The translations under genes were made by a program, and so were the position numbers. Below, one piece after another: positions 42,738-56,804 of a stretch of 64,000 bases of DNA. The stretch comes from the human T2T-CHM13v2.0 reference genome, Homo sapiens. The notes beneath the pieces are model-generated. The model was given only the letters and a program-made list of their open reading frames with translations, was not told the DNA's origin and did no database searches. Position 1 is the first letter of the stretch; every line of letters begins with the position of its first letter. The stretch is from the NCBI RefSeq assembly GCF_009914755.1, contig NC_060925.1; one strand, 5' to 3'.

Positions 42738-43499
42738 TAATTACTATAAGGTCAGTAACTAAACAGTTTGTTCAGAAGAAGAAGCCATTGCTGCTACTCT
42801 GTTGCCATCCTACCTGGGGAAGTTCAACAAGCCTTTGAGCAAAGACACACATTTTGAAATTGTGGCTTCTTGACAAAACCTTAATACAATTTTTATTTTC
42901 TTTCCATTGGAAAGTGTCCACAGGTTTTTAATTGTAGCAAACATTAATTCACAAGATTTCTCTTCTATCTCATGATCTATGTACAAATTATATAACTCAT
43001 TTGATTTTCTTGCTGAGAAATATTGCTAGTCTATTCCCTTTTACATAAACTTTAGCATCAGTAGGAAATACAAAATCACATTTCTGCATTGCATATACCA
43101 AAATAGTAGCTGTAGATTTTTTTCTCTTCTCTAGATTGTATAGAAGTAGAGTCTGCTTAAAGAAGTACTTCAAACCCTGCCAAATGAGATGAGTTGGCAA
43201 GTCTCTTCTCTTTCAAAGTCACAATGCATAAAGTCTGATGCAAAATAAAGTAAATAGAGAACAGAGTCCTAAGTTTTAGAGATAGAGTTAAATGAGGACA
43301 TTTCTACAAATCTAAGCATCGAACATAGCACTTGCTATTAGGGAATTATTTTCTATTCCTAAACACCACCACTATCTTACTGTTTCTTCATGGCCAAGTT
43401 ACTCAAAATGTGATTTTTTTCTACTTTTCTCTATCAGGAAATAAAAAATACTTGGTTTCTGCCAATTTCAAGGAGATTTTAATAATGATGATAATAATC

Positions 43500-43740
43500 A
43501 TAGTAATAACAAAGAATAGTTCATTTCAAGTCTTCTTTATATGGCAGACTCTCTAGATACATTACTTTTAGTCCTGAGAACTACCCTACTGAGAAGGCAT
43601 TGTTATCTTTATTTTTTGAATCAGAAATTGTAGCTCAGAGAGCTACTGTTTTTACCAGGGACACATAGCAATGAAGTGAGGGAGTCAGGATTTCAGAGCT
43701 TGTCCATCTTGCTCTTGCATTATGACTACACCATACTGTC
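43500..43740 (-). mobile_element. MIR SINE
   Basis: ttgttatctttattttttgaatcagaaattgtagctcagagag…ccagggacacatagc. Confidence 0.65.
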
Positions 43741-44236
43741 TCACACATGCTTCCAACAACAATGCTAAACCTAGTGATGAAGTGCAATGGAGAGCCCTGT
43801 CTGTGCTGTGACTTGGCTAGCTTCATGGTATCTGGATGCATGCATTTGAAACATGTCTGTTTGTGGCTCTGTCAGAGTTCTGGAACAGAGTTTTTCTCTA
43901 CATTCAGCTACTAAACTTGGCTGTATTAGTGGTATTTCCTACTTAATAGTAACTGGTTTAATTTTTGACATGTCTAGAAGGCACAGTGTCCCCTAAAAAG
44001 AAGCGTCCTCTGGGCAAGCACAAATGGCACCCATGAGTCTCTGATGAAGATTAATGAGGATCAGTGGGTGGGGGTGAGAGGGAAGACTTGGAACTTAAAT
44101 AGAGTTTAGGAGAGTAGAATATGTAGGTGTGTCCAAATGATAGAAAGAAAGAAACTCAACAAGGTAATAGAAACAGAGAGAGGTCAAGTCAAGCAGGATT
44201 AGAAGAAAAAGCATTAGAAAATTGAAGGTAGGAGTG

Positions 44237-44238
<2 letters not shown>

Positions 44239-44286
<48 letters not shown>
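44239..44286. repeat. (GT)24 microsatellite
   Basis: 48-nt perfect repeat. Confidence 0.97.
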
Positions 44287-44289
<3 letters not shown>

Positions 44290-47200
44290 ATGGAGATCCA
44301 ATCTGTGAGCAAACCATGGAGACCCCTTTAAACATTTTGGTTTTCTAAGCTGGCTTATTAAATAAAGATTATTTGAGACACAATTATTGCTGTTTATGTT
44401 GGAAATGTATTACAAATATTACTCAAAGCAAACACATTTTCTCTCAGCATATGTATACAGCATAGGCTATTTCTCAAGCAACTTTTGTATTTAAAAGGTG
44501 AGGAAATGTCTCACAGAGTTTAAAAGTCTTATTACAGAGATAAGGCTAATAAAATTATGCGATCCAAGAACATATGGCCTCACTGTTTCTTCTACCACCT
44601 AAGAAAATTTTGCTTTGAAAAGGTTAACTGAGTTAACCTTTGGACACATCAAGTATGCCAGCGTTACCTAAGGACACACTGGTTAATATCAGATCAGGAA
44701 TAGAACCTAGGTCTCCTGACTCCTGTTCTAGTGCTCTTTCCTAATTATTACTATTTCTAGAATTCCTTTTATTAGAAAGTTTCCCTCTGGATTATAACAT
44801 TTAAAATACAGGTCATTCTAATTCTACATGTGAACAAATTGCGCTGGCTGTTTGTGCTAACTTCCAAACACATTTCATGACCACCTTACATTAAACAAGT
44901 CAAAGCAATTATGAATGGATCTTCCACTGTTCCAAATTGTTAGGCTCTTTGAAAAGCACGGTAATAGCTAAAGATTAGAAAATTAGGAGGGATTTTTCTC
45001 ATTGCCTAAGTGCCCACCTGTAATTTCACAATTAACTCCCTTGACATGAGGTCTCTAACAGAGAGTACAGGGAAGTATAAACATGGGAAGCAGTAAGAAT
45101 ATAATTTATGTCATCAGTTATGGAATAGCTTTGAATTTTCCCTTATACTTCAATGTAAATTTTTCATACATTATCTCATCTGATCCTCTAAATGCAACTG
45201 AGAAGTAAATATAAACTCTATTTTAAAACTTAAGTAACGAAGACTCAGGGAAGTCCAAAAACTTGCCTAAAACTCAAGTAGTGCTATTTTTCATCTTGGT
45301 CAGAAGAAAAAAAAAGGTGATATTTAAACTGTGAAATGTCTAATTATGAGCATCATGGTAGCCTTTTATGGTATGAATTAGCTGAGAAATGTATTTACAG
45401 ATAACTATCGAATGGAGTAATCTTTTCATGGTCAAGTGGATTTTGTAATATGGATGCCAAGGATAGAAATACTAATTTTGGCAGAACTAACATTGAGGTG
45501 TTTTTCTTACCAATAATTAGACTGAACCAATTGCACTTAGGTCCATAACTATCTGGTTGGCTGTCAAGCAACATAGAGGAGGTTAATGGCTTTCTTATTT
45601 GCTGTAACAAGATGGTTTCTGCCTGTGTAAAACTGGTATTTAGATCACTTAAGAATAAATTAAAGAAAAGGGGAAAGACGAGTAATTAAAATCAATGTAT
45701 TTGTGGGAAAAGGTAAACATGGAATCATACATTTAACAGAAGAATGATGTTTGGGAGTGAGAGCAATGGAAGTAGATGTGACTATATCGTTAACAATTTA
45801 ATGCTCTTACCAAAAGTCTGCGCTATGGGTTTGCTTAGAGGTAAACTGCCATTTAATGAAATCCTAGGCATGCTTCAGAAATTAAGTCCTCATGGATAGA
45901 GTCCAAAAGAGACTGATCTTTTATTAAATGTTCTTCAATAAGGAATGCTAAAATGAAATTCCAGGGTATAACCTGTTTTGTACTCTTACAACAATTTATT
46001 TATGTGTTGAATAAATATCAATTGCTTATGATGTGACTTTTGGTAAAAGTAATAGAAACAAAATGGAATCATCACTGGCATACTTTCCGGTCTATAGTAG
46101 AATTTCAATAAATTTTAACTGGATGTAATAAAATAGGACTAATCATATGAACATAAATTTTTCTTTAACTGTCTTTTATCAGCTGGTGGAGACATTTTTA
46201 TTTGTAAAGTGATCATAAATTGCCTATCAGAGATATTGCTCGGCCTTGTGGATTATTGAACAGTTGAAGATTAGATCAATATCCAAGGTCTATATGAGTC
46301 CTCATCTCTTAATTGTACTTACGTTCATTTTATAATCTAGGACTTACCTATGGATTGTTTGAGATTTGAAATTTCAAATAAAGGCATCACTGAAGCAAAG
46401 AACTTTGCAATTTTAATTTTCATAGAAAGTTATTTTAGTTACATAAGGTGCATATACCAGCAAACAATTTTCTGTGCCTATGGTAAAACAAACTATTAGA
46501 TATATTTTTTTTTTACTTTTTTAAAAGAATATAGTTTTCTTTTTTACTTGATCTACCAATTAGCTTTAGAATCTTGGGCAGTTAACTTATTTTCTCTAAG
46601 CCTCATTTTTCTCATTTGAAAATGATGGAACTATTGTGGTCAGGTTAGAGTAATTATGACCCTTTAATCATATGCAAATTATAAAATATGGCCAAGAATT
46701 CTAAAGCAAAGACAGGCCTAGTAAATGAATTTTCTCTGTCCCATTTACCAACACCCCCTCTCCCATCTTGTCTAAAGTAAACTTTGTGGTAGCTTTAGAT
46801 GCTACCTGATTCCCTGGAAAGGGGCTGGTTCTCCTGATTGTTTTTTATTGGTATCACACATTTATGTATGTTTTATACAGTGTGCATACAATGGTGGAGC
46901 AGTTTATTACAATGTATAATACAACAACAACAAATATTTACTGGAATTCCTGCTCATTTTTATAGATAGAGGGACATATGCACACACTCACAAAATAGAG
47001 ACCACTTTTTTTCAGTACCCTTACCTTGACCTAGTCAGTGGAGGGGAATTCTCATTTACTGTGTGTCTTCTATACACAGTGCCCAGGTAACACTCTACTG
47101 AAAGTCTCTACTCCAAGGTTGTTGGTAGGCCCATAATCTGTAAGCCACTGCCATTCTTATCTTTCCAGAGTTCTAAAATATCATATATAAACTCGTCAGC

Positions 47201-48937
47201 AGCAGTGTCTGTTCAATGCAAATTAAATATCTTCCCATGCCTCAACTGAGCCATCTGTGAAATAAAGAATATTATGCTTTCTAAAAATGATGAATAAATT
47301 AGATTTAGTCTTTGGGAATGAGTCATCTCATTTAGGCTATTGTATGATTCATTGGAATCTTTTTTTTTAAGGCAGTTGGATACACCCTGAAGAATTAACA
47401 GGTTACTTATCCCTTGGGTGATGATCTGAAAATGCCTGTATTGTAGCAACTGAGATTTGAGTTATTAAAACATGAAGAACATCCAACTGTGAAGATTTGG
47501 ACATAAATAATGTCTTCTTCATGGCAAAACCTGATAAAAAGGATGGTCAGCAATCTGTTATAAACAATATACTATAGGGAGATGAATTTTTGAAAACTCT
47601 TCTGCTTTAAGACCTCATTTGGTTTCTAGCTTCCAGTTGAATTTTATGTACATGAAGAAAAATTATTTGATGGTGTTACATCTTTCAATATTTCAGTCTC
47701 AGACTAATGGTTATTCCATAGATAATATTGGTTCTGGTAATTTTTAGACGGTTGGCCCAGGACATAATTAAGGAAAAATTCTTTTTATTATTTATTTTTA
47801 AACTCCAGCCTGTAGAACAATGCAAATAGCTGAGAGCAGACAGTCTCTCAATAAATCTGTGATGGATTCGTCGTTGCGTAGGTCAATAAATCTAGCAGCT
47901 TAATTAATGAATATAGGGAGACAGAGCCTGGACTGAACCTCAGCTTTGGCTTTGGCCTTGGCCACATTATTCTTTGGCTGACCTTAAAGGCTAGTGGTTC
48001 TTTCAGTCCTGTTCAGAAATAGAGGAAGAGATTGCTAAGACTTCACTGCTCAAATGTATGTTCCAACATGACTGACAAGGGCCAAGTGTAGCACATCCTA
48101 GAAAATGCCTACTTTATGGGACTACAAAAAACTTTAAGAACTGCTCATTCCAAATCCCCCAGCCCACCAAACTCAGGAGGCTGTTTCTTCCTCCACCACT
48201 ACCCTTCACCTTCCTAAGATTCCAGAGGTCAATGCAGCACAGTAGGGAGAGGGAGAGGGGTATGAGGTACCTCATATGAGATGACCCTAAGAATCACAAG
48301 GACTGACGTTTTCCAGTAAAACACATAACACAATCCTACTTACTTTAATTAACTTAATCACAGCATTAAAATGTTAGAAAATAAAATAGAAGTTATTAAT
48401 GTCCCACATTAAGTGCTCAACTTCAATATCTCTTTTACATACACCAAGCCTTTTCAAAAATGAAACTTAAATAACTAAGGCCTTCAGCAGCATTGGAAAC
48501 TTAACTTTGAAGAAGGGCTCATAATGGGCATCTAAGTGTGCATCTAAGTGTGTATAAAGATGTGTATGTAGGAGACAAGCTTAGAGGGAAGAGAAGCTTG
48601 TGATATGCTAGAGCGTTCTAATCTCTGAAATTAGATGAGAAATTCCTTTTCTGGATAATTAATAGGTCAAATAAAATGTATCAGGCACATGGAAAATACT
48701 AAAAAGTATTTGTTAAGCATTGAATGTAATAGAAAATATGAACTTTCATAATATTTAAGTAAAATGGTTTAATAATAAAATTGATACTTTATTTTAATAA
48801 ACATCATGAAAACATAATTAATTTAGAAACACTGATGGTCTTTAATTCAGTCATTCCTGTGTATATAATGTTAAGATTATATGTCAATTTAAATCTCAAA
48901 ATCAGAAATTTGCTTCTCTTATGCTATAACTCAAATA

Positions 48938-50217
48938 CAAGGGGACTTCTAAAAGTTCATGGAAAAAATGGAATTAAAAGATAAACACAAAAAATATAAA
49001 CTTTATTTCTCAAGATAAGCTCTATCAAGTTCAAGATAGTTTAGTAAGCAATGATAAAAACCATTAGTCCATTCCTAAAGTACTGATGCTAATGGGAATT
49101 TAACCATATCATTGCAATCTTTTTTACATTATCAGCTAAAGAAAAATGGGTGCCTTTGAAAGATTTCTTAAGAATAGAAAACAAGAAGAAGTTAGAACAA
49201 GCCAAATTAGGACTGTGAAATGGATGCCTAATGATTTCTCATTGACACTCTCACAAAATTGCCCATGTTTGGTGAGAGGGATGAGCATTGTTATGATGGA
49301 GAAGGATTCTCTAGCAAAGCTTTCTTTGGCTTTTTTCTGCTAAAGCTTTGGCTAACTTTCTCAAAACACTCTCATAATAAGCAGATATTACTGTTCTTTG
49401 GCCCTCCAGAAAGTGAACAAGCAAAATGCCTTGAGCATCCCAAAACGATGTTGTCATGAACTTTGCTCTTAACCAGTCCACTTTTGCTTTGCCAGGACCA
49501 CTTTCCCATCTTGGTAGCCATTGTTTTGATTGTGCTTTGTTTTCAGGATCATACTGATAAAACCATGTTTCATCACTTGTTACAGTTCTTTGAGGAAATG
49601 CTTCAGGACTTTGATCCTACTTGTTTATTTTTGTCCATTGAAAGCTCTACTCTTGTCTGCAGCCAATCTGGCCACAGTTGCTTTGGCACCAATTGAATGG
49701 AAAGTTTGCTAAACTTTAATGTTTCAGTCAGAATTGTGTAAGCTGAACCAAGTGAGAGGTCTATGTTGTTGGCTATTGTTTGTGTTGTTAATAGTCAGTC
49801 CTCTTCAATTAGGGTATGGACAAGACAAATGTTTTCCTTGCAAATTGATGTGGATGGTCTGATGTTGTGGGCTTTATCTTCAACATCATCTTTTCCCTTC
49901 TTAAAATGAATTATCCATTTGTAAACTGCTGATTTCTTGTATTTATAAACTTTCTGCAAATTATCAATGATTTTGCCATTCTTCTACTAAAGCTTCATCA
50001 TAAATTCAATGCATGTTCTTGCTTCAATTTTAGCAGAACTCATGCTGCTCTGACAGGGGTTCTTTTCAAACTGATATCTTATCCTTCTCGGTGCTTCAAA
50101 CTAGATCTTTTTCAGATATGTTATGAGTGAGTATGAGCTTATTTTGGTGCAAAAAATTGAAATCCATTCACAGTTTTTTCATAATATACATGTTCCATGA
50201 CTTTTGAAGATCGCTCA
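48938..50217 (-). mobile_element. Full-length Hsmar2 mariner DNA transposon with a pseudogenised transposase
   Basis: TIRs TA|caaggggacttctaaaagttcatggaa and ttccatgacttttgaagatcgctca; ~1.28 kb; minus-strand ATG at 50043 gives MSSAKIEARTCIEFMMKL*; motifs TSDETW (49580-49563), HHNNA (49298-49284) and HPFHSPNLACSNFFLF (~49227-49180). Confidence 0.93.
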
Positions 50218-50499
50218 TGTAGAAGTTTTAGTTATGTCACATTTGCCTGACATTATTACAAGGTGAACATCTGTGTGCTTTCTATGTGTGAATAAAACAA
50301 TCCCACTAATAGTGAAAACACTAATCTAAGTATATTAAGATCTTACCTTTTTAGAGGATATGAAGAATATATACAATATCACACACTATAGAAATTGTAG
50401 GGTAGCATTAACTATCTATAAAAAGAAATATTCTCTTTTTTATTTTGTTATTTCTCAATGTCTTTGGAAACCCATTGATCCATTGTATAAGCTTCTAGG

Positions 50500-50800
50500 A
50501 AGAGGTAGAATACAGTAATTCTGTACAATAATCACAAACATGAATTGGGAAGCCAGATTTCTTGAGTTTGTAATCCAGCTAACAAGCTGTATAACCTTAT
50601 ACAAATCATGGAATCTTACTGTATAACCTCATACAAATCATGTAATCTCATGTAATCTCAGTTTCCTCATCTGTAAGATGGCAGTAATAATAGTATCCTC
50701 ATCAAAAAGGTGTTGTGAAGATTGCATGAATTCAAACATATAAAGTACTTTAAATGGTACCTGTCAAACATTAGTAGCATTAAATTACTATTATTACCCA
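50500..50800 (+). mobile_element. MIR SINE containing nested 32-bp and 10-bp tandem duplications
   Basis: MIR core ctcagtttcctcatctgtaagatgg; duplicated units at 50587-50618/50619-50650 and 50641-50650/50651-50660. Confidence 0.8.
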
Positions 50801-52809
50801 AATTTTTAAATGTCAGCTGTATGTTGTAAGGGAAGAGAAATTACAGCTGGAAGAAAGGATTTAAAAGCAATTACTTTTAATAATTGAAATACAGATTCTC
50901 AGCCTCAGGTCTTAGTCTCTAACGGTTTAAAGAATAAAATGCTTTCCAAGACAATGCACATTCTTCAGTGTCTAATTATGTAAGAAGAACAAATTTTCAC
51001 TACCTGAGGTTAAGTCTGGTGAGTGCAAAACCAACTACCCCAAGCCTAGTGCTAGATCAATATTCAGGTAATAAAACAACCACTTATCATTATTTTTGAC
51101 TTTACTGTTACATCAGTGTGATTGCATTGGTCCTTTTAGAGCTGTAAAGATGTAGTTTCATATTCAGGTATAAAAACATAGAACAGATTTTTTTCCCATT
51201 CAACCTAATACATCTATTAGGTGAGGTAGCTCTTCTCTATTAATTATCATTGCTATGGAGGATCCAATTTAAGTTTCTTGATTTGTTAATGCTAATGAAA
51301 TCATTAGAGTTCTAGAAATTCAAAATAGAAAGCATTTTCTTGTGGTAGAATAAATGAAGATCTTTTTAAATGGTGGATATTTTCTTAACAATACTGCAAG
51401 AATGTCTCAACATTTGGTATCTCTCTTCAAATTGTCCATGTATGTATTAGTTTACTGTATATTGGGGACACCTAGTATGTCAGGGATAAAGAGATGGATA
51501 AGACTATTTCTCTGCTCTCAAGGATCTTGTCGCTGAATAAGAGAGAATGTAAAGGAACAACTGCCATCCCATATGACAATTGCTATGATCTAGACATTCA
51601 TCAGGATATCTCTGTATGGTCAGAGAAAGTGATCCGAAGGAAGCACTAAAAGCAGGAAAACATGTGGAACCTTAAGTTTGCCTAATTTCTGATACTTTAT
51701 ATTAGAAATCATTCACTAGGGAAGACAAAAGTGAAAATAAAAGCAGACCATATCCAAAATATAATTAAATGCTCTTAAGATATTCCCAAAACCAAAATAA
51801 TACAAATAACTTCAAAGAAACTGCACAAGGAATAACGTTCAGGACCTGAGGGCACCACATCAGTGAGAGTGTGATTTGAAAGTGCCTGCCACCCCTTTCC
51901 TGTTGTTGCCGTTGAAACCCCTTGACACATGGCCATCTCTCGCCTTGTGTCCTTTAAACTGGCAATCTCATTGAAGCCTGGGGCTGTCCTTTCCTGAAAA
52001 GCACCAGACTAGTGCCAGATGGTGACATGTGGCAGAATGACAGCAGGATACACGGCGGTGCATGCTTCCAGGAATTTAGCAGACCAGGTTTCAATTACTG
52101 GCCTTTGAAGCCAGGCATGCTATTTTACTTATCTGGGGCATGGTCCTTATCTTAAATTTATCTTAGGGATCCCAAGGAGGTTAAGAATTAAAGTAGATAA
52201 TTAGGATGAAATGTCTAAATAAAAACTCAGTAAATGTCCTTTGCTTTTTAGGTCTAAGTACATACCTAATAAATTCTACTGAAACTGAGAGGAGCTCTAG
52301 AAAAGACAGATCTCAGATTGGAACAAACAAAGCAATTTTCATGTTTGGGTGATAAAGAATAAGTGAGTAGAGAATGTGTTTAAGAGTAATAAGAATTAAG
52401 AGAAACAGAGTGGCGTTTTTCAAACTGCACCTTTCCCCTAGGACCCCCTCTCCCCACATGGGCACCCCACATGCAGTTATCTTAGCGGTGTGGAGGAGGA
52501 AAGCCAGTTGAGTTCCATGAGCAAAGAATTTTGAGCATGTTTCCCAACTTAGACACCTGGGTAGGAGTCTGGGTGTTCCCAATTTGGGGGCTTTGTGGCT
52601 GTTGCACAATTTATATAACCTATTTCTGCCTCAGTTTTCTCATTTGTAATCTGGGGATACTAATAGATACTTTATACAGTGTAGATTGAATATAGCGATC
52701 TTTTAAACTTAACTAGTATCTGGCACCTAAGTCCTCAACACATGCTGTGTACTTTTCAGAAATTGCCTATGTTTTTTGTTCCTTTAATCATAATTTCTTG
52801 ATTTCTTTC

Positions 52810-53450
52810 AATTAAATTCAGTGAACATTTATTGGACACCTAAAACATTAAAAGCACTGGGTGAATTGCAAAGGTTTCACTCTTGAGTACTTGATCTTAG
52901 GGCAAGGGTTGGTAATATGTAAATAACTATAATCAAAGGCAGACTAACAGATCCTTCGATAAAGTTATATATGAAGTATGTGAGACGGAGTCTTCAATTC
53001 TGAGTGGAGAGCCTGGAGAAGGTTTCAGGGAGAAAAAAATTACATGATCTCAACCTGAAAGAATAAGTACAATTTTTATGAGAAATAAATGTGGAACCAT
53101 AATGTGAAGCAGAGACTAGAACATGTCTTTTTGAAATATAAATATAATGGGAACATGGGCTGTCTTTCTGGTTTAGGAGAGTGGAGAGTAGGTGGAAAGC
53201 AAAATCAACCAAGACAGGCAGATCAAGGCCATATTTTAAAAAGTCATAAATATCATTCTAAAAAATTTGCACTTTATTTTGTTATTAATGGGGCACCATT
53301 AAATGCATGATGAGGTGTGAATTCTAGGAAAATTAGTTTGGAAACATTGTGGAGGATGAAACAAATTATGAAGAGAATAGAGATTTTTTTAAAGGCCCTA
53401 ATGCTTTATATAAGGCAGTGACAGTGTGAAAGAAATGAGAGAAATGATTC
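52810..53450 (-). mobile_element. L2 LINE fragment
   Basis: attcagtgaacatttattggacacc…gatctcaacctgaaagaataagta…aatggggcaccattaaa. Confidence 0.6.
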
Positions 53451-54374
53451 TTAATTCATGACAGTATATGAAGCATTTCAGTATTAGATGGCAATGTAAA
53501 AAAACCCCTCATTTCACTGATAACAAATGAAGCCCAGAAAGGTTAAGTGACTTTCCCAAATCCCAAAAGCTGGCAGAATAAATGAGGGGAGAAACTGGAT
53601 TCTCCTGCTTCTGAGGCCAGCACTGGTTTCCCTCAATCACACTGCCCTGTTTCAATTTGTATCTATTCATGTCATACAAGCCACATCTGTTTTATGTATA
53701 AAAACCAGTTTAGATTTCTAGACCTTAAGTAATGTTGCAGACTCATTCTGACCAATTATTTCCCTTAATGACACTTCAAGTGTTAGTCTGTGTTTATAAT
53801 CTATATTTTTGAAGTTCTTTGCAGCCAATCTGAATATGCTATACTTAGAGTGAGGATAGTTTTATATACCATAAAGCCTAATATTATGTTATTATTATTA
53901 TCAATATTTGAAGAAAATATTAATCTGTATTAGCTACAAGGCAAAAAATACTACAGGATACCACTAAAGATCATACTGTAGGAAGTAGAAAATTCCCTCA
54001 CCACGTGTGTGTTGACCTGTGACAATCTTCTTCATGGCTACAGGCTTTAATACAATTGCTTTGATCTGCTAGTATTTTTCCCAGTTTTAATTGAATTTCA
54101 ATGTATTCTGTTATTGTTTCAAATTTCACATTATATATGATTTTGGGATATTTATAAAGTTGGTTCCAAGCCTCTCATTTTAAATGTGTTATTAATATTA
54201 AAATCTTCCTTAATCTCTTAGAATAGCTCTTGCATATGTTCATGAATATACACAACTATTTTCTTTGACTTCTTGTGACATTACTTATATCAAAACTAAA
54301 ATAATTTAACCTTGAAATCTCTTATGATAGTGTTGTTCCCCAAAAGTGAGGATTTTGCTGCTTAAATCATCTTG

Positions 54375-55500
54375 TACCAATAATTTTCAGCTTTATGCCT
54401 CCAGCCTTGGACTCTCCTGTTAGCTCCAAATTGACCTCTTACTTTAGTAACTAAGAGATGTAACAGTTTTAATATTTTCAAAACAGAATCTTCTATTCTT
54501 TCCATCCAAACTTCTCCCTATCCCAAGGAATGACACTACTGGCCTAATTCCTCAAACCCCATCTTTGAAATCAACCTTTATTGTTTTATCTTCTTCATTG
54601 ATCAAGCCATAAACAAGGTTTGTCATATCTATGTCCAAAACCATATCAACAATCTGCCGATTTCTTTGTATCTCCAGTACTAAACTCTAGTACATGCTGT
54701 CTCATCTCTCCTGGATTTCCGCCATTGCCATGCATCCACTAGAATGTAAACTCTGTGAATGCATGGAGTTTTCTCTGTTTGGTTTACTGCTACATTCCTT
54801 ACACTTAGAGAAGTACCCGATGCCTACTAGGTATTTAATAAATATTTGTTGAGTTTTGAACAGCCTTCTAAATTTTTACCCTATTCCTACTTTTGACCCA
54901 CCATGATCATCCTCAATCTAACAGCCAGTGATCTTTGTAAAATACATTTCAAATCATACTACACCTCTGCTTGAACTCTCCAGAATGTTTCTGATCCTAC
55001 TTTAAATAAAATTCTAACTTCCTCCTTGGACGTCAGGTCTCTGCAACGTCTGGTCCCAAATCTACCTCTCTGACTTCATTTTGTATCACTTCCTCCTTTT
55101 GATTATGGTCTTTACCTGGTTTTCATATGGCTAGTTCTTTCTTGCCCATTCAAGTCTCTGCTTAAATGGCACCTACTCAAATAGGTCTTCCTAGATCTAA
55201 AATGGGAATTCAGGCACTTAATTACACAGCCCTCTTCTTTATAGTATGTGTTCTTTCTGATATATATATCTTTCTGATATATATTTAATATATATTATAT
55301 ATTATATATGTGCAATATATAGTTAATATATAATATATATTATATATATGAAATATATATTGTTTACCTGGCTTCCTCAACTAGAATGAAATATTCATGG
55401 GAACAGATATTTTGTTTTATCATAACTGTATTCCCAGGACCTAGAACGAGGCTTGGGACTAGCAGGCTATCAAAGATATTTGTTGAATGAATAAATGGAT
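54375..55500 (+). mobile_element. L2 LINE 3' region with a nested L2 tail and a (TA)-rich tract (~55260-55360)
   Basis: Two L2 3' ends: ctagaatgtaaactctgtga…aataaatatttgttga (~54740-54850) and ctagaatga…atatttgttgaatgaataaatgga (~55380-55500). Confidence 0.75.
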
Positions 55501-56010
55501 GAGGCACCAATACCATGCATATAAATTGGCCCTTTGTGACTATGGTTTCCACCAGTTCAAAAGGATGTTATAGGACTCTGAATTCACAATGGCTATGAGA
55601 GAGGCAAAGAATGGAACTGATCTGTATTGCCCTAGGCTCAGAGCAAAGTGAACTCTCCCCAGTGAAAAGTAGTTTGTCTTTATTATAATCAGGCTAAAAA
55701 CAAGTAAGCTGTCTGATCTAGATAAAATATCATGATAGTTTTGATAAAATGTTTCACTAAAATGGATATATAATCTAGATTTGTCTTTTTAAAGTTGGCA
55801 TCAGAAAAATCAATGTTATCTAGCAAATGTGGTATTTTAAAACACCTTTCTTTTGTTTGCCCTGTTCTCTAAAACGGTTATAATTTTTCTTCTGGTTCCT
55901 CAGCAGATGGTAATTATAAGAATCAGTCTTTTCCTTTTGAAAATAAACCGCTTTCCTAATCCTCAGGTAATTTCCCTCCGCTCTATTGCTGCATAAAAAT
56001 AGCTCGGTTT

Positions 56011-56319
56011 GGCTGGGCGCGGTGGCTCACGCCTGTAATCCCAGCACTTCGAGAGGCCAAGGCGGGCGGATCACCGAGGTCAGGAGATCAAGACCATCCT
56101 GGCTAACACGGTGAAACCGCGTCTCTACTAAAAATACAAAAAATTAGCCGGGTGTGGTGGCACGCTCCTGTAGTCCCAGCTACTCAGGAGACTGAGGCAG
56201 GAGAATCGCTTGAACTCGGGAGGTGGAGGTTGTAGGGGGCCGAAATGGCACCCCTGCACTCCAGCTTGGGCGACAGAGCGAGACTCTGTCTCAGAAAACA
56301 AAAAAACAAAACAAAAAAA
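56011..56319 (+). mobile_element. AluSc8-like SINE
   Basis: Y-like left arm (accatcctggctaacacggtg) with an S-like right arm (gaatcgcttgaac); TSD core agct(c/t)ggtt. Confidence 0.88.
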
Positions 56320-56804
56320 GCTTGGTTCACACTTTTTTGGGGGCTGTATCATGACTAGAGAATAAAATTTGTAGTTCTTGGCTATGTAGACTTTTAAAAA
56401 ATCTCTTTAAATCTCATTTTCAAAATCTCATTTTAAATGCAATCGAAACAAGTCTGTGTAATTTTATTATGTGCATATCAATTCTATATGTATGCCGAAA
56501 CCGGCACATACCGTCTGTTAAATTCCTTACACTCAAAAAAAATCTGTTGTTGAGCATTTCAAAAGATAAAAAGGTAACTCTGAAGACAATTATGTTAGAA
56601 ATAAACATTGTCATTTAATTCATTACATTGGGTAGTAAACTACAGTATGGGAACACCATGTATAAAATTATTTATTTCCAAAATATAATGAATATAATGA
56701 AGATTTTATACAAATAACTATTACAAACAAAATGATGTAAGGAGCAGAGTAAATATGCTTTTTAAAAAATAAGATAAATAAACATCAAAAAGAAAAAAAG
56801 GTTC

